Of a stretch of 64,000 nucleotides of DNA, positions 50,009-63,126 are shown piece after piece. Made by a program: the position numbers and the translations under genes. Source of the DNA: Podarcis muralis (taxonomy: Eukaryota); contig NC_135664.1 in NCBI RefSeq assembly GCF_964188315.1, positions 39,184,001 to 39,248,000 on the forward strand, given 5' to 3'. Every line of letters begins with the position of its first letter. The first letter of the stretch is position 1. Under the pieces are notes generated by a model, which was not told the DNA's origin, did not search any database, and saw only the letters and a list, made by a program, of their open reading frames with translations.

Positions 50009-50342
50009 AGGTAAAGGTAAAGGTACCCCTGACTGTTAGGTCCAGTCACGGACGACTGGGGTTGTGGTGCTCATCTCGCTCTATAGGCCGAGGGAGCCAG
50101 CATTTGTCCACAGACAGCTTCCAGGTCATGTGGCCAGCATGACAAAGCCGCTTCTGGCGAACCAGAGCAGCACATGGAAACACTGTTTAGCTTCCCGCCA
50201 GAGTGGCACCTATTTATCTACTTGCACTTTGATGTGGGAGCGAACAATGGGAGCTCACCCCATCACAGGGATTTGAACCGCCGACCTTCTGATCGGCAAG
50301 CCCTAGGCTCTGTGGTTTAGACCACAGCACCACCTGCGTCCC
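50009..50342 (-). mobile_element. Sauria SINE, subfamily B, with internal deletion
   Basis: 14-bp TSD TAGTAAGATAATAA; lacks the CTTTCGAACTGCTAGG segment seen in the other copies. Confidence 0.93.
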
Positions 50343-50454
50343 TAGTAAGATAATAAGTTTATGTAAAAATCACTCCATAATGCATGTGAGGCACTTTGAA
50401 CACTTGAAAGAGCCTAGGACCCTAAGGAACTGCCAGACACTGAGTCCATTGGTC

Positions 50455-50901
50455 CAGTTAGAAGTTGTGCAGAGGAGGGCAACTGAGATGATCAAGGGTC
50501 TGGAAACCAAGCCTTATGAGGAATGTTTGAAGGAGCTGGGTATGTTTAACCTGGAAAAGACTGAGAAGATATACAATAGCCACCTTCAGATATCTTAAGG
50601 GCTGTCACGTAAAAGATGGAACAAGCTTATTTTGTCCTGCTCTGGAGGGAAGGACTAAAATTACTGGCTTCAAGTTACAAGAAAGGAGATTTTGACTTAG
50701 CATCAGAAAGAACTTTCTAACAGTAGGAGCTGTTTGGGCAGTGGAATGGTCTCCCTTGGGAGGTTGTGAACTCTCCTTCCTTGGAGATTTTTAAGCGGAG
50801 GTTGGATGGCCATCTGCCATGGATGAGTTAGCTGAGATTCCTCTATTGTAGGGGGTTGAACTAGATGAGTCTTGGGGTTCCTTCCAACTTCATGATTCTA
50901 T
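50455..50901 (+). mobile_element. CR1 LINE 3' end
   Basis: Translation [34 protein letters not shown]; ends in CCTTCCAAC...ATGATTCT. Confidence 0.9.
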
Positions 50902-50913
50902 TATTATAATAGA

Positions 50914-50955
<42 letters not shown>
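50914..50955. repeat. (ATT)n microsatellite
   Basis: Directly visible. Confidence 0.97.
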
Positions 50956-53900
50956 TAGTTCAGTATTGTCCACGGTGATCAGCAGTGGTTCTCTAGAGTC
51001 TCCTAGAGATGCTGAGGACTTGAATAAGCACACAAGAAGAAAATGTGCATGAATTTCCTATGTCCATATTCCCATCTCCTTCGCCTGTGTTTCAAGGCTA
51101 TCTTTCTGGAGCAGGGAACTCTCCTATACTTGTGAAGGGTCCTGCCTGGTTTTGTATGCAGGTAGGTAAAACAATCCATTCCTGTTAGAACTGGAAAGCT
51201 GAATTCAGTTTCCCAAACGTAAACATGGAGATGATCAAATTAGCTGAAATAGTTCCTAAAGCTAAATGGGCGAGGTGTATGTTTCACAGACACACACAGA
51301 TCATCCTTGCCCTCTCCATTGTAGCACAATAGTGCAAAACCTCAGTCTGTTAGCAGGATTACTGCATGGCTGATATTCAGCCTTTCTAATAGATCACCTC
51401 TGCACATTCAAAATTCTGCTTACATTGTAGGTAAAAAGGGGAAGTAGTCAGTAGTCATAGTAAGGTATTGATGTTTGTAATCCATCTTCAGGTCATCGTT
51501 TCTCAACTAACTGCTTCAGAACAACCTCTTTTACTGGTTTTAAGAGAACCAATGTGTCACCAACTGCTTCCTTTTGGCACAGGTTTTGGTTTTTCCCCCC
51601 AACAGGTAATGGCTATAGAAAAAATGGGGCCCGAGGTAACATTGCTTCATTGCTAGCCAAAAGACAGAGGGTGGGAAGAAGGGAGAGGCAGCTCTCATTA
51701 CATCTTTACTGTGTGAACCTGTTGTTACCTGGCATTTATTGCTGCCGAGAAACGGACTGGCCAGCTGCTCTGCAGGCTTTCTGCTCTTCTAACAGATGGC
51801 ACAAATGTAGTCAGTCTATTGACAATGAATGCAGCCAGGCTTGCTCACAGGAAGGGAAGACTCCCCAGGTAACAAGGTCTAAATGGTCACACGTGCTGGA
51901 AATACACGACTGTGACAGCAGCACTGTGTTTCTGAGTTGGTCTAGGTTTTTAAAATGGAAAGGAGAAGAAGAAAGCACATCTCAACAAAATCAGCCTGGA
52001 GACTGACTCTCAAACAGTGAAAACACAAACAGTGTCTGCGTTCCCACTCTTGCCCTCTTCAAAGATGATATGCATACATCAGTTCTGCCCAAAGCTCTAT
52101 AAAGGCATACCAACATTTGTGCATCAGTGTGCTAATTACTGTTGAGAAAGATCTCCAAAGGACATGATAGCCTGCCACGGAATAATTATCTCAGCATGTT
52201 TTTTTAAAGGAGAGGAGCTGTTTTAGTAGATACTGACAAAAAGAAGATGGGCTCATTTCAAGCTCATATAAAAGCTCATATAAAAATGTATTAAAAATGT
52301 ATGAACAATCATAGTTCAACAGGGTAACCAGTTAAGTGAGCCTTCCACTAGCTGAATGATTGTGTGATGGCCAATATTTAAATAAATACCAAAAAAAAAA
52401 ATTTTTAAAATAAACCAAACTCCTAATTTTATTTTGCATTTTGATGCAAAGAGCAAAACAGAGAACAGAGGGGTATCTATGAGAAGAAACAAAGAGGAGA
52501 TCATTTGGCATATAGTTTGCCTCATATAAGGTTCAAATCAGTCTGAGAGAGACAATTTTCTAAAATCCAATGCAAACTGAAAACGCACAATAAAAATAAG
52601 TAAAGTAAGTAAGTTAATAAGTAATCCTATTAAAAACAGCACTAAAAACTTAAACACCATTTAAAAGCACAAAAATATGAAATAAATATTTTTTGTTAAG
52701 CATATGTCTGAAATTCTTATCCCAATAGTTAATTGTGATGTTTTGGAAGATAGGCCATTTTACGTGGAAGGTGTCGTGTTTGGGGCAGGTCCTCATCAGA
52801 GATTTCACTACTTCGCATTTTTTTAAAAAAAAACCCTGCTCCTTGAGAAATGATTATGTGAGAATCTTCTTCTAGTTGGCATCATTTCTGGGGCTATATC
52901 ATGGAACACATGCATTAAGAGCCATGACCTATAACCATTGAAACAGAGATGTAGATATCTTACTACAAAAAAATCTGAATGGAAAGTACTGCACAGTGAA
53001 ATTCCATGTGCGCCAGCGGCCACTGAATCTGGGCATCTCAAAAAGGACTTTCCAAGGCCTCATAGCAAGACAGTTCTGAAATTGCTCCAAAAGCAGTTGG
53101 TGATATGACATAGTGATTAACTTTGCAAATAAAAAAATGTCAGACATTTCACTCAGAAGGCAATCTCTCAGGCATGGCTGGAGTAGCATATACAGGATCC
53201 CAGCCAACATCAACTTGTGTAGAATCTTTAAATCAACAAGCTTAGGGTCAAACTTTGCATTTAACATGCAGGGAGGTTAATGATAATATTATGGTGGAAT
53301 TGGCTTAATGTCCCACTCCTTTCTAGCCGATTTGGTTGAGGTAGAATATATACCTTTTCTAACAATTGCCTGCGTCTTCTCAGCAGAATCAGTATTTCAT
53401 TTGGAGAATTTAAAATATAGGCAGAAAAAAATGCTCATATATTTGCAAAGGCAATTAAAAGAAACACCCTGCTCTGTTAAAGTGGAGAGTCAAGGTGTGA
53501 TGTCAGTAAATTTTAAGGCATAAGCAAGAAAATATTGCTTATTGTTTTAAATGCATAAGCAAGAACATTCATAATTGAGCATCCCCTGTTCTTAGTGGCA
53601 ACCACAAAATCCTTGATCCTCAGATTCTGTCTTTGAGTATCCCAGCAATTGGCAGTTCTACTTTTAGCTCATCTCTTATCTGTCAGCTTAATTTGCTTCA
53701 CTATGAACTTATGTGAAAGAAAACCTCCTGTGGAGTTTGCGATTAGTTTTTATCTGGAAGCCCATGGTGCCCCTCCAGAATGGGTTTTGTGGGCATATTC
53801 TGCATCGGGTCATTACCACAAGCATAGTGCATTCATAGTGGATTTATACTGGACCATCCACACAGCATTCCACTCCATGTTTTTTCTGCAATATTTCCCC

Positions 53901-55789
53901 AATGCTACCAGATAATTGTCACCTAGAGGGGCACTCTTGTGCTGTAGTGCAACAAAGGCAGGATACCTGTCCTTCCACCCCACTCAAACAGTTGTGGTAT
54001 GAAAAGTTTTGTGATTTCAGCAGGCATCTCTGAGACATGCACCAATTGGAAACTAAACAGTATGGCCACCCTAAACCTCTGCAGAGAGAAACAGTATTGA
54101 AAGCAGAAGCAAATGTGAAGTTGCAGAGTGCATTTGAAGTCACATCAGGAATGCAAACTGTATCAATTGCTTGTCATTTTCAGTCACTAAATCCTGACAC
54201 TTCCATAATCCACAGGATTAAAATTCACCTGCCTGGTTAAGCAAGTTCAGTCAAGAAGATATCTCTTGCAAGCATTTTATACTTGCTGTCCACATATACT
54301 GATCCTGGATGTGTTCCTATCTGTGTCAAACAAGGACCTTGCTTGCCTAGAGTTCCCTCACACCAATTAATGTTCAGGATGTTCCTTTTATATCTGTCCA
54401 AAAAGAAATTGTGCCTGTCAAATCGATCTTCCAACCCTGGACTGACTTTGGCATGTCAGAGCATCAAGTCATACAATCACATTGTCTACTGCCTTGACAA
54501 GGATAGTGTTCCTATTAGAGTAGCCTGCATGCTGCTGCTAAATTAAAGTGAAGGTGGGCTATTTTATTTTTCTTTGGAAGCACTCAAAACAGGGCTAGAG
54601 ATTTTGCTCTCTCAATACATTGGAAATTTTCTTTCAAACTTTTGGAGATAATTTTATTTTTTTGAGATGGCATAAAGCAAGTCATAGCCTAAGCAAAACA
54701 AAACAAAACAAATCTTGTTTAAAAGCATGAACATATTGTATAATATGAAAGTGCAGTCCTTAACTTCCCCTGGGAAGGTGTTCTACAAATATATAGGTGT
54801 CTCTTAGTAACAACAGTGAAAAGCCGACATACCATATTGCACTTTCAAAAAATGTTTTTCTGTAGAGTGTTACAGATTTCTCATCCATATTATTTTAATC
54901 CTCCCCAAAGTCTTTTCATAATCACAAGCAATCATTTTTTTCTATTTACCATTTTCAAATTATTCTTTAGGAGCGGCCATTTTTAATGTAGTTATATTTT
55001 ATGACAACAAAACAACAGAAATGAAAATTGTGTATTTTACAGGGTAGTCAATCTGTGAAAAAGTGTGAAACAAAAATATAGGAAGTTGGTTGCAGACCTC
55101 CCCATGCCCTGTGGGTGAAGACATTAATCAGTGGTAGAGGGAACAAACTACACATGAGAACCTTCTGGTTTTACACCTCTGTTGCAAATGCTAAAGTATC
55201 TGTTTAATAACTGCCAGTTAAAATGAGTAGTTTGAAAGGTAAGAACCTTCCGCCCAAAAAAATCAAAATAAAAATCAATAGATTATGATACACTGATTTA
55301 TCAAGATTTTTTTTTCTAATTCTTTCATGGTAGAAAGCATGAGGGAAAGAGAAGGAGGGAGGAAGAAAGCAAAGTCAGCCACAGAGTGTCAGTTTACCTT
55401 CCTCTCTTTTTCTCCCTGGAGGGAAATATTCAATTTATCTTTGAGGGTAAATGTTGATGCAACAAATAGTCATTATGTAACTCTGCTCAGCTCAGGAAAA
55501 CCTGAAATGGATTTTCAGGATATTTGTCAAGTTATTCCTTCAAGCAGGACACTTGGTATTGATTTTTTAAAAGCTGACCCTGCTCAAAATACACTGAGCT
55601 CCACTGTAGAGTGAACATAGCAGCATGTGATATAATGTAAAATTACTTATTATTGCTTAAAACAATAATAAAATGATCAGTTTGACAGTAAAGAGTAATT
55701 GCATGCAAAAGGCACACTTCTAATAAACAAATACTATATTAGGATTAACAAAACCGTTTTGTATTTGTCTTCAGTGTGTTGACCTGATA

Positions 55790-56576
55790 CTCTTTCCACA
55801 AGGGCCAACATTGATGCTGAAATCCAGAATCACCTGAGCTCTGCAAGTGCAGCTTTCTCCCGATTGAAGCGCAGAGTGTATGAGGACTGGGACATTCGCA
55901 GGGAAACCAAAATGCTTGTTTACAAAGCTATAGTACTCCCAACTTTACTGTATGCTTGTGAAACATGGACCACTTATAAACGCCATCTCCAACTCCTTGA
56001 AAGATTCCATCAACGGTGTCTCCAAAAAATTTTACACATCACTTGGGAAGACAGGCAAACTAATGGTAGTGTACTGGAAGAAGCAAAGATCACCAGTGTT
56101 GAAGCAATGATTCTTCAACATCAACTTCATTGGACTGGTCATGTTGTTCGGATGCCTGATTATCATCTTCCAAAGCAACTACTCTTTTCTGAACTTAAAA
56201 ATGGAAAGTGTAATGCTGGTGGTCAACAAAAGAGGTTTAAAGACTATCTCATGGCAAATTTTTAAAAATGTGGTATAAACACCAACAATTGGGAAACCCT
56301 TGCCTGCAAGCACTTCAATTGGAGAACAGCCTTTACCAAAGGTGTCATGGGCTTTGAAGACACTCAAACTCAGGACACAAGGGAGAAAGGTGCTAAGAGG
56401 AAGGCATGCTTGGCAAATCCACACCTTGATCAACTCCCACCCAGAAACCAATTTCCCCACTGTGGAAGGATGTGTGGATCCAGAATTGGCCTCCACAGTC
56501 ACTTATGGACTCATTGTTAAAACCGTGTTTATGGAAGACAATCATACTCAGTTACGAGTGATCGCCAAAGAAAAAG
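55790..56576 (+). mobile_element. RTE-clade LINE 3' fragment (not Bov-B) with one nonsense stop
   Basis: KMLVYKAIVLPTLLYACETWT...LERFHQRCLQKILHITWED...LHWTGHVVRMPD; the frame continues past TAA at 56263-56265 to FPHCGRMCGSRIGLHSHLWTHC (zinc-finger-like C-terminus). Confidence 0.92.
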
Positions 56577-57192
56577 ACTTAATTTACACTTTCCTTGAGG
56601 CTGGAGGATCTCAAACAATCTAAATGAATGGTTTCCTGCAATAAATGCTTTAAAAGTTACCTTGAGGGTAACTTAATACAAATGTGTATTTTGCTGCACA
56701 ATCTACCATGAAGAAATTCCCTAACAGCTTTGGGACCCTGAACTCAACCCTCACCTAGCTTAATTAGGTAATGACCCCCTCCCACAGAATAAAATATTGT
56801 TCAGAAAGAAATAAAAACGTTCATAATGTTTTGGGCTAGGTCCTGGTTGCAGAACATAACCAATAACAGGATGGGTAATACTATGTCTTGCAATGGTTAA
56901 AAACAACTAGGTGAGAACTAGGCTAGGTGAGAATTGACTTCATAGTCCCAAATCTCTTATGGAATTGTAAAAACAAAAGGGGGCTACTAGTTCCTCAGTC
57001 CTACCCTGGAGTAAGAGTTCTCTTAATTTGAATTAGGTGCTCAAAAACAGAATGGGGGAAAGGCAAAACCTAAGAGGGCAACAGATAATACTTATCTGCC
57101 ACAACAACCAGGTTCACCATAGCTAAAGAAGACTCACAGTTCCTCCTCTAATATCTTATACTCCTGCAAGATTAGAGTTTTGGAATACTAGG

Positions 57193-57193
<1 letters not shown>

Positions 57194-57236
<43 letters not shown>
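57194..57236. repeat. (ATT)n microsatellite
   Basis: Directly visible. Confidence 0.97.
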
Positions 57237-57885
57237 GCTACCAAAGCTTTGTTTGTAACTCCAATATTTTCTGACTGGAGGAACATAACGATATGGCAAG
57301 AGCCACAGAACTTTTTTCAGTTTGGGCACAATCCACCATTAGTATGGACAGGAAACTCCCACACTTACTTTCTAACAGCAACATTTGAGCAAAAGTGCAG
57401 ATAATCAGCTACAAATTCACTCTTAAAAATGTTGGATCAATCAGCCACAATAACACTAAAAATGCCAAGTGTGGAAAGGCTCTAGCTAAGGAAGAGTCAA
57501 CGGCAACTGGACTCTCAGCTAAGTTGATGGCTTTACAGTAACAGGCATGAATAAGCCACAAAGCTAATGCAAGAAAACCACTTACAGTGGTTTGTTTTCC
57601 TGCCCAAAGTTTGAACTGAAAATACAATCTGACATCATTAGCAAGCCAGTAGCTGATATGTGGCATCAGCTGAATGTAGATCTTCTGTATTTGTTAAAGT
57701 ACAATAATCTATGCATCACGACTTTTCAGTGGTGACCTACTGGTTAAGGAGTGCTTCTCTGAAGAGTTTGTCTGATCTTTTCAGCACCAGGTAAAACACT
57801 CCCCCCCCCCCAAAGCTTTTGAAATATGAACTTTTGTATTCCCTGAATTTGACATCTATTGTATTGCTTTTAATGTATTTCTCTG

Positions 57886-58047
57886 GAAACTCCATAGCTC
57901 AGTGTTAGAGCATCTGCTTTGCATGCAGAACGTTCCAGAAGGTACCTGACCCCTCCAGGTAGGGCTAGGAAAGACCTCTGCCTGAAACCCTGGGTTGTAG
58001 ACAATACTGACTTAGATGAACCAACTAAGTACAAGTGCTGCTTCCAT
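57886..58047 (+). mobile_element. tRNA-derived L2-tailed SINE (Squam2/Anolis SINE2-like)
   Basis: CATAGCTCAGTGTTAGAGCATCTGCTTTGCATGCAGAA head; CTCCAGGTAGGGCT...CCTGAAACCCTGG body. Confidence 0.75.
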
Positions 58048-59097
58048 TTTAATGTTGATTTTTCTGTGCAGCAATTTATTTACTATTTTTGGTTTCTTCC
58101 GCATCTATACTGTATTTTCATGTTTATTGTTGGCAACCCACCCAGAAAATACCAATACCAAATGGCATATAAATACTGTTAATAATAAAATGTGAAAATT
58201 CTGGAATGAGGTACATACTATAAATTAGTTGTTTTTTGGTTTGTGTCAAAGCACATGTTTTGAAAGAAATTATTTAAAAAAAAAGAAGATTGGGAGAGAG
58301 GAGATACAAATCAGCACAGGAACTAGTAATGCAGAACTATACCTCAAAGGTTTTATAAATTTGTATGTTTGCTCATGTAATAAACTGCACCATAATCAGG
58401 AGAGATTTGATTTATTGCCTGGTTTGACTAACATCACAATCCCATTTCCATCTCTGAGGGGATTTTCAGGCACAGAGTAACTAGCAAGCTACCAAGCAGT
58501 CTCATTAATGAAATGTGTTCTGTCACCAACGTCAGTTACTGCCTATTATAATCTTAGAGATGTCTGATCATTTTGACTGTATTTAATTTAATAACATGCT
58601 GTTTGTCAGTTTGATGGGACCCGCAATTACCAAACAGGTCCACTCAATCCTACTGCCTTAAAAAAAAGATGATTTCTTAATTAGAAAGTAACTTTGTCAT
58701 TTATTAATGTCAAATAAATTTAAAGTGTTGGCATAGTCTTCTCCAAGGGCTCAAATTAACCAACAAATAGATAATTAATATAAAATGTCCTTTCCCTCCA
58801 TTTCCCACCTTCAAGCTGGCTCCAGTGCCGAGAGGGTTTTTCCTTTCCAATTTTTGGGTGGGAGATTTTCCAAGTGTAAATCAAATGTTTCAAACTTCTG
58901 GACTTATCTCATACAAGCCCTAAGTAGTATATGTTATGAAGACTCAAAAAAGTAAATAAAAGTCACTTTCCACATCACTTCTGCATCCCCAGATACAGAA
59001 CAACAAATACAGCTCTTCTAAAAGACATAATCAGGCCACCTCCAGATTGGTGTTTTACTGCATGTCTAATCCCCAACTTGTTCTTAAAACACTAATA

Positions 59098-59243
59098 CAG
59101 TGTTCTTCAAGAGAAGAACAGAAATCGTGCTCTGGCAACAGCAGGAGGCCCTATTAGCTAAAGTGGTGCTTCAGGTTAAGAACAGTTTCAGGTTAAGAAC
59201 GGACCTCCGGAACGAATTAAGTACTTAACCCGAGGTACCACTG
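59098..59243. mobile_element. Internally deleted Tc1/mariner-type MITE (243-bp family)
   Basis: Right end GAGGTACCACTG+TA; shares TTCAGGTTAAGAAC repeats with 40080. Confidence 0.8.
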
Positions 59244-59313
59244 TAGTGCATTTGTTGTGTATTTTGTAATGCTTTAGCTTGTTCTGTGATGCTTCCACAA
59301 TTCTCCCACATTA

Positions 59314-59563
59314 CAGTAGAACCTCTACTTATTACTGCCTCTACTTGGGCCTGATCCAAGTTGCGACCGCAGCAAACCTGGAAGTAAATACCGGGTTTGC
59401 CGCGATTCGTGCATGTGCAGAAGCGACTGCCACCATCTGCACATGCGCAGAAGCGTGCTGCCGCCAACTGCACCTATGCACAACGGTGCTTCTACCAGCG
59501 ACTCGGATTGACTTATGGACAGACCCCCGGAACTGATTACATCCTTAAGTAGAGGTTCCACTG
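59314..59563. mobile_element. Tc1/mariner-type MITE, third family
   Basis: 18-bp TIR CAGT(A/G)GAACCTCTACTTA with one mismatch; TA flanks. Confidence 0.88.
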
Positions 59564-59851
59564 TAGAAGCACTGGGTTTCTTTCCAAACCCTATTTCCTG
59601 GTGCTGGTCTTAGTGCTTGTAAAGGTGAATGTCTGTTTCAGAAATCTATCAGTTAATTAAAGAATCAATTATAGGTGCTGAGGGGTGTATGCACATGCAT
59701 ACACATCATGGCCAAGCCTCTGGCCACCCCATCAAATTTCAACTTGTTTACTCTGCAACAGAAAACACAGCTTAGCAATTAACAGATTTATCATGACAGA
59801 AGCATAAATGGATTGGAGACAACTTCATTTGACTCAAGGTGATTTCCCACT

Positions 59852-60366
59852 TGTGGTTCGAGGACCCAATCCCCTCTTAGTGGAATAAGACACACGGACA
59901 CAGTGTATAAGTTTAATGGGCAAGAAAAGGCCACAACTTTATTGATTACAGCAAGTGAGAAGGTATTGGCTTAGGCATTGGACCACAAAAGATTGACTCC
60001 ACCCACTCGGAAGGGGGTGAGCCTAAAGAGGGGTTATTCAGCAGTAGGCGGAGCCTGTTGATGCTAATACAACTATAAGCTCACCCCTGATGTCACCGAG
60101 GGTCGTGCCATGGCCCCCCACCACACAGGCATCGGACAGGATCCACGACCGCCAGATTCCTTTAACGGAATACCCAAATTTGACTCGCGACGAGAAGGAG
60201 AAAAGTGAGGCAGAATGGCTGGCGTGGCGGTATCTTAAACCGCAAACCATGCCCCCTCCAAGCCGCCCGGTTAGGCGCTTACCTGTGGGCATGGTGCGCC
60301 GGCCAGGTGAGCAGGGCAGGGGGCATAACGCCCCCTGCGTGATGCTGAAATCGCGTCCCGCCCACA
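59852..60366 (-). mobile_element. CpG-rich LTR, probably solo, 515 bp
   Basis: TGTGG...CCACA termini; minus-strand AATAAA near 59940 followed by a GT-rich tract; CpG richness ends at about 60360. Flanks CCACT/ACACC do not match fully. Confidence 0.65.
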
Positions 60367-61082
60367 ACACCTCCCCTCCAGAAGGAGGACAGGCCTTTCC
60401 ACTGGTACTTTCCATGACCAATGAAATAGGCTCCCATAGGCATTGAGATCTTTGCATTTTATTGCTGCCACTATGAAACTGGCTTCTGCTAAAGTTATTG
60501 GCTTGGGGATGGCTAGATTTGTAGTAAGCTTCCCTCCTTTGGTCATCTGGAATCATTTGCTCTGTGCATGCTTTTCATTTGCGGCATGATGGTAATCAGC
60601 ATTATGGCTGCCTGGCTATGGCTGCTGTGCATGCACAGGTAGTTCCTTGTTTTCACTGGTGAGGTGCTGGATGGTATTCCAGTAAGAAATACTCATATAC
60701 TCTGCTTCACTTACTGTGCCATCCAGTTGTTAATTACTAATGGATCATTTTAATTAGGTCTCAAAATCAAAATTGTTACATAATCAAACTTGCAATATAA
60801 AACATGAAAATGGCTTGAAAATCAATAGTTTAAAGCTATTGTTGCACAGTTCTTTTTATATTCATTCCAATACTTGACATATTTTCCCTACGGGGTGCTT
60901 TTATTATCTCCCATAATTTAGGGCATTAAATTAATAGGGCATTGTAATTTATGCAACCAAATAAAAAGTGCTCCTCCTTTTCTACCACATTTCCCCTCTA
61001 AGTCTAGATTGAGATAAAAAAAAATGGAGATGGAATAAGTATTTTAAAAAAACCACAAAAACCCTGCAAAGTACTGAGAGAA

Positions 61083-61394
61083 GGGCCATAACTCAGTGGC
61101 AGAGAACTTCCTTTGCATGCAAAAGGTTCTAGATTCAACCTCTAGTACAGGCTTCCTCAATCTCGGCCCTCCAGATGTTTTTGGCCTACAACTCCCATGA
61201 TCCTTAGCTAGCAAAACCAGTGGCCAGGGATGATGGGAATTGTAGTCTCACAACATCTGGAGGGTCAAGGTTGAGGAAGCCTGCTCTAGTATCTCCAGGT
61301 AGAGGTCGGAGAAGCCCTGGAGAGTTGCTACCAGTCAGTATCAGCAATATGGATCAGTGGTGTGACACAGTATAAAGCAGCGTCATATGTTTCT
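61083..61394 (+). mobile_element. tRNA-derived L2-tailed SINE split by a MITE
   Basis: GGGCCATAACTCAGTGGCAGAG...TTTGCATGCAAAAGG head; resumes as TCTCCAGGTAG after the MITE. Confidence 0.75.
61148..61283. mobile_element. hAT MITE, 136 bp
   Basis: Perfect 13-bp TIR CAGGCTTCCTCAA and perfect 8-bp TSD CTCTAGTA. Confidence 0.93.
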
Positions 61395-61566
61395 AAGCAG
61401 CTATTTCTGCTTTGTTTTAATTTATTGGAAGAGGGGCAGTCTTATACTGAGGGGGACCAGAACAGGCTGTATGAGTGAGTAGTCATCAGGCCACACTAAC
61501 AGATTAAGGTATCTGCCAAACAGCAACATAACTCAGTTGCTGGAAACCCAGCCAGATGGGTGGGAT

Positions 61567-61576
61567 ATAATAATAA

Positions 61577-61622
<46 letters not shown>
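61567..61622. repeat. (AAT)n microsatellite
   Basis: Directly visible. Confidence 0.97.
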
Positions 61623-61954
61623 TCATATGCTACCACCAAGCAGCACAGTATAAACAAGCATCCATGCTATGGTGAAATTAAGCTAATAAACTCCAGCTTC
61701 AGAAGCAACATAAAAAGGCAGGTTTTCTTCAACAACAGGAATGGCCCAATATATTTCCTGCTTGAGATTCAGCACAAGATGGTGCATCCCTGCAATTCCA
61801 TATACTAAAGTCAGATGTGTTGCAATGGCTCTGTTCCAGCTTGCAGAGTCATGCCCAGATAATAGCACTGGAGTACTGCTCTGTGGGCCTGTGGCAGTTA
61901 CATTGCAGGGTCCCACCTTTTTCTCCAAGCAGCTCCAGGTGGTCCACATGATTC

Positions 61955-62112
61955 CCCTCCATCTCATTTAATCCCCACAGCAACCCTATGAGATAGGTTA
62001 GGCTTAGAGGCAGTGATTGGCCCAAGTTCACTCAATGATCTTCCTGGCTGAGTGGGGATTTGTCTCCCAGGTTCTAGTCCAACACTCTAACCACCACACC
62101 ACACTGGTTCCA
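61955..62112 (-). mobile_element. MIR/Ther1-derived SINE fragment
   Basis: AATCCCCACAGCAACCCTATGAG..GGCCCAAGTTCACTCA..ACTCTAACCACCACACC. Confidence 0.6.
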
Positions 62113-62894
62113 CTCCACTGTACAAATGTTTAGCATCAGGATGTTGATGAGGTTAAAATGTGAAATGTGAAACTCACAGGCAACTGGTTGGAGATGTTGG
62201 CCATAAGCTAGCATGATGGGAAAGCAAATTTCCCAAGAAGCAAAATCAACAATTTTCAGAAAGTTATTGCTAGGAAGATCAATGTCTGTTAAAGGAATAG
62301 TTGCAGATACTGCATTAAATCCTACACATTTTTCTTTCCCCATTGTAATAAAGCATATTTGCTCTATGGGAAGCCCTCCCATCACTTTTCTTCAGTTTTC
62401 TCCATTCTTTTAATGTAGATCTTAACACAAATGAAATCTTATTGATTGGCATTTTTCCTTCAAGAGCTTGTATGATAAAAGCTTCTTCTGGTTGCAAAGG
62501 AAGAAAAGGTATCAGCTTATGGAAAAAGGGGGTTGTGCAAAGGTAATCCTGGAACCTGAAAACTTGTCAGGAGCCAGACAGAATGAGAGAAACAATGTTT
62601 GCTGACAGTAACAATCTCAGCAGCTGCAAGAAGATATAATTAGACTTGTGGGTTGTTGTTTTTCCCCTAGTGTCCATTGTGCTTTACATCAGGATGATTT
62701 TCTGGAGGCAGTCAATCATCTCCTCCCCAGGCTGCTGTCACAAAGAGGTCATCAGCAGCTGAGCTGACAACATTATTAAGGTGGAGATGTTTATTTGGTC
62801 CCTTTAAGTAAAATATTGCAACAGGATATGACCATTAGTATACATACACAGGCACCTTTTTCTGCCGTGTTGGTCTGCATTTGATGTCAACAAG

Positions 62895-62896
<2 letters not shown>

Positions 62897-62942
<46 letters not shown>
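62897..62942. repeat. (AT)23 microsatellite abutting the Penelope 3' end
   Basis: Directly visible. Confidence 0.98.
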
Positions 62943-62944
<2 letters not shown>

Positions 62945-63020
62945 TTTCGTAGATTTTCACGGGTACAGGAATGCAGGTTTTGGTGTCCTCGGGTGTCTTC
63001 CCGTGTAAAAGTTGGGGTGT

Positions 63021-63065
63021 CTAGGCGACGTTTCGACGAGGTCTCACTCGTCATCTTCAGGCTGG
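63021..63065 (-). ncRNA. Minimal type I hammerhead ribozyme in the Penelope 3' repeat
   Basis: CUGAAGA-U-GACGAG(UGAGAC)CUCGUC-GAAA-C-GUC: core, 6-bp stem II, palindromic ACGU stem III, GUC site (cut between 63027 and 63026). Stem I has only 2 clear base pairs. Confidence 0.72.
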
Positions 63066-63118
63066 TGTTTTCGGCTTCTTGTTACTGGAACAGAGCAGGA
63101 TCTCAGTGTTTGAGTTCC

Positions 63119-63126
63119 TATAAATA
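63119..63126 (-). promoter_or_regulatory. TATA-like element upstream of the hammerhead
   Basis: TATTTATA on the element sense strand (TATAAATA on +), about 55 nt before the ribozyme core. Function inferred. Confidence 0.3.

Noticed and set aside
51554-52006. 150-aa plus-strand ORF
   Set aside because: No homology recognised and no splice or Kozak support; this length is plausible by chance in 64 kb.
59852-60001. 150-bp TG..CA unit with 6-bp CCCACT flanks
   Set aside because: LTR-like, CpG-rich sequence continues for another ~365 bp; treated as a chance internal match, though not excluded.
60038-60556. Three overlapping ORFs of 91-172 aa
   Set aside because: Explained by the GC-rich LTR; no gag/pol/env motifs.
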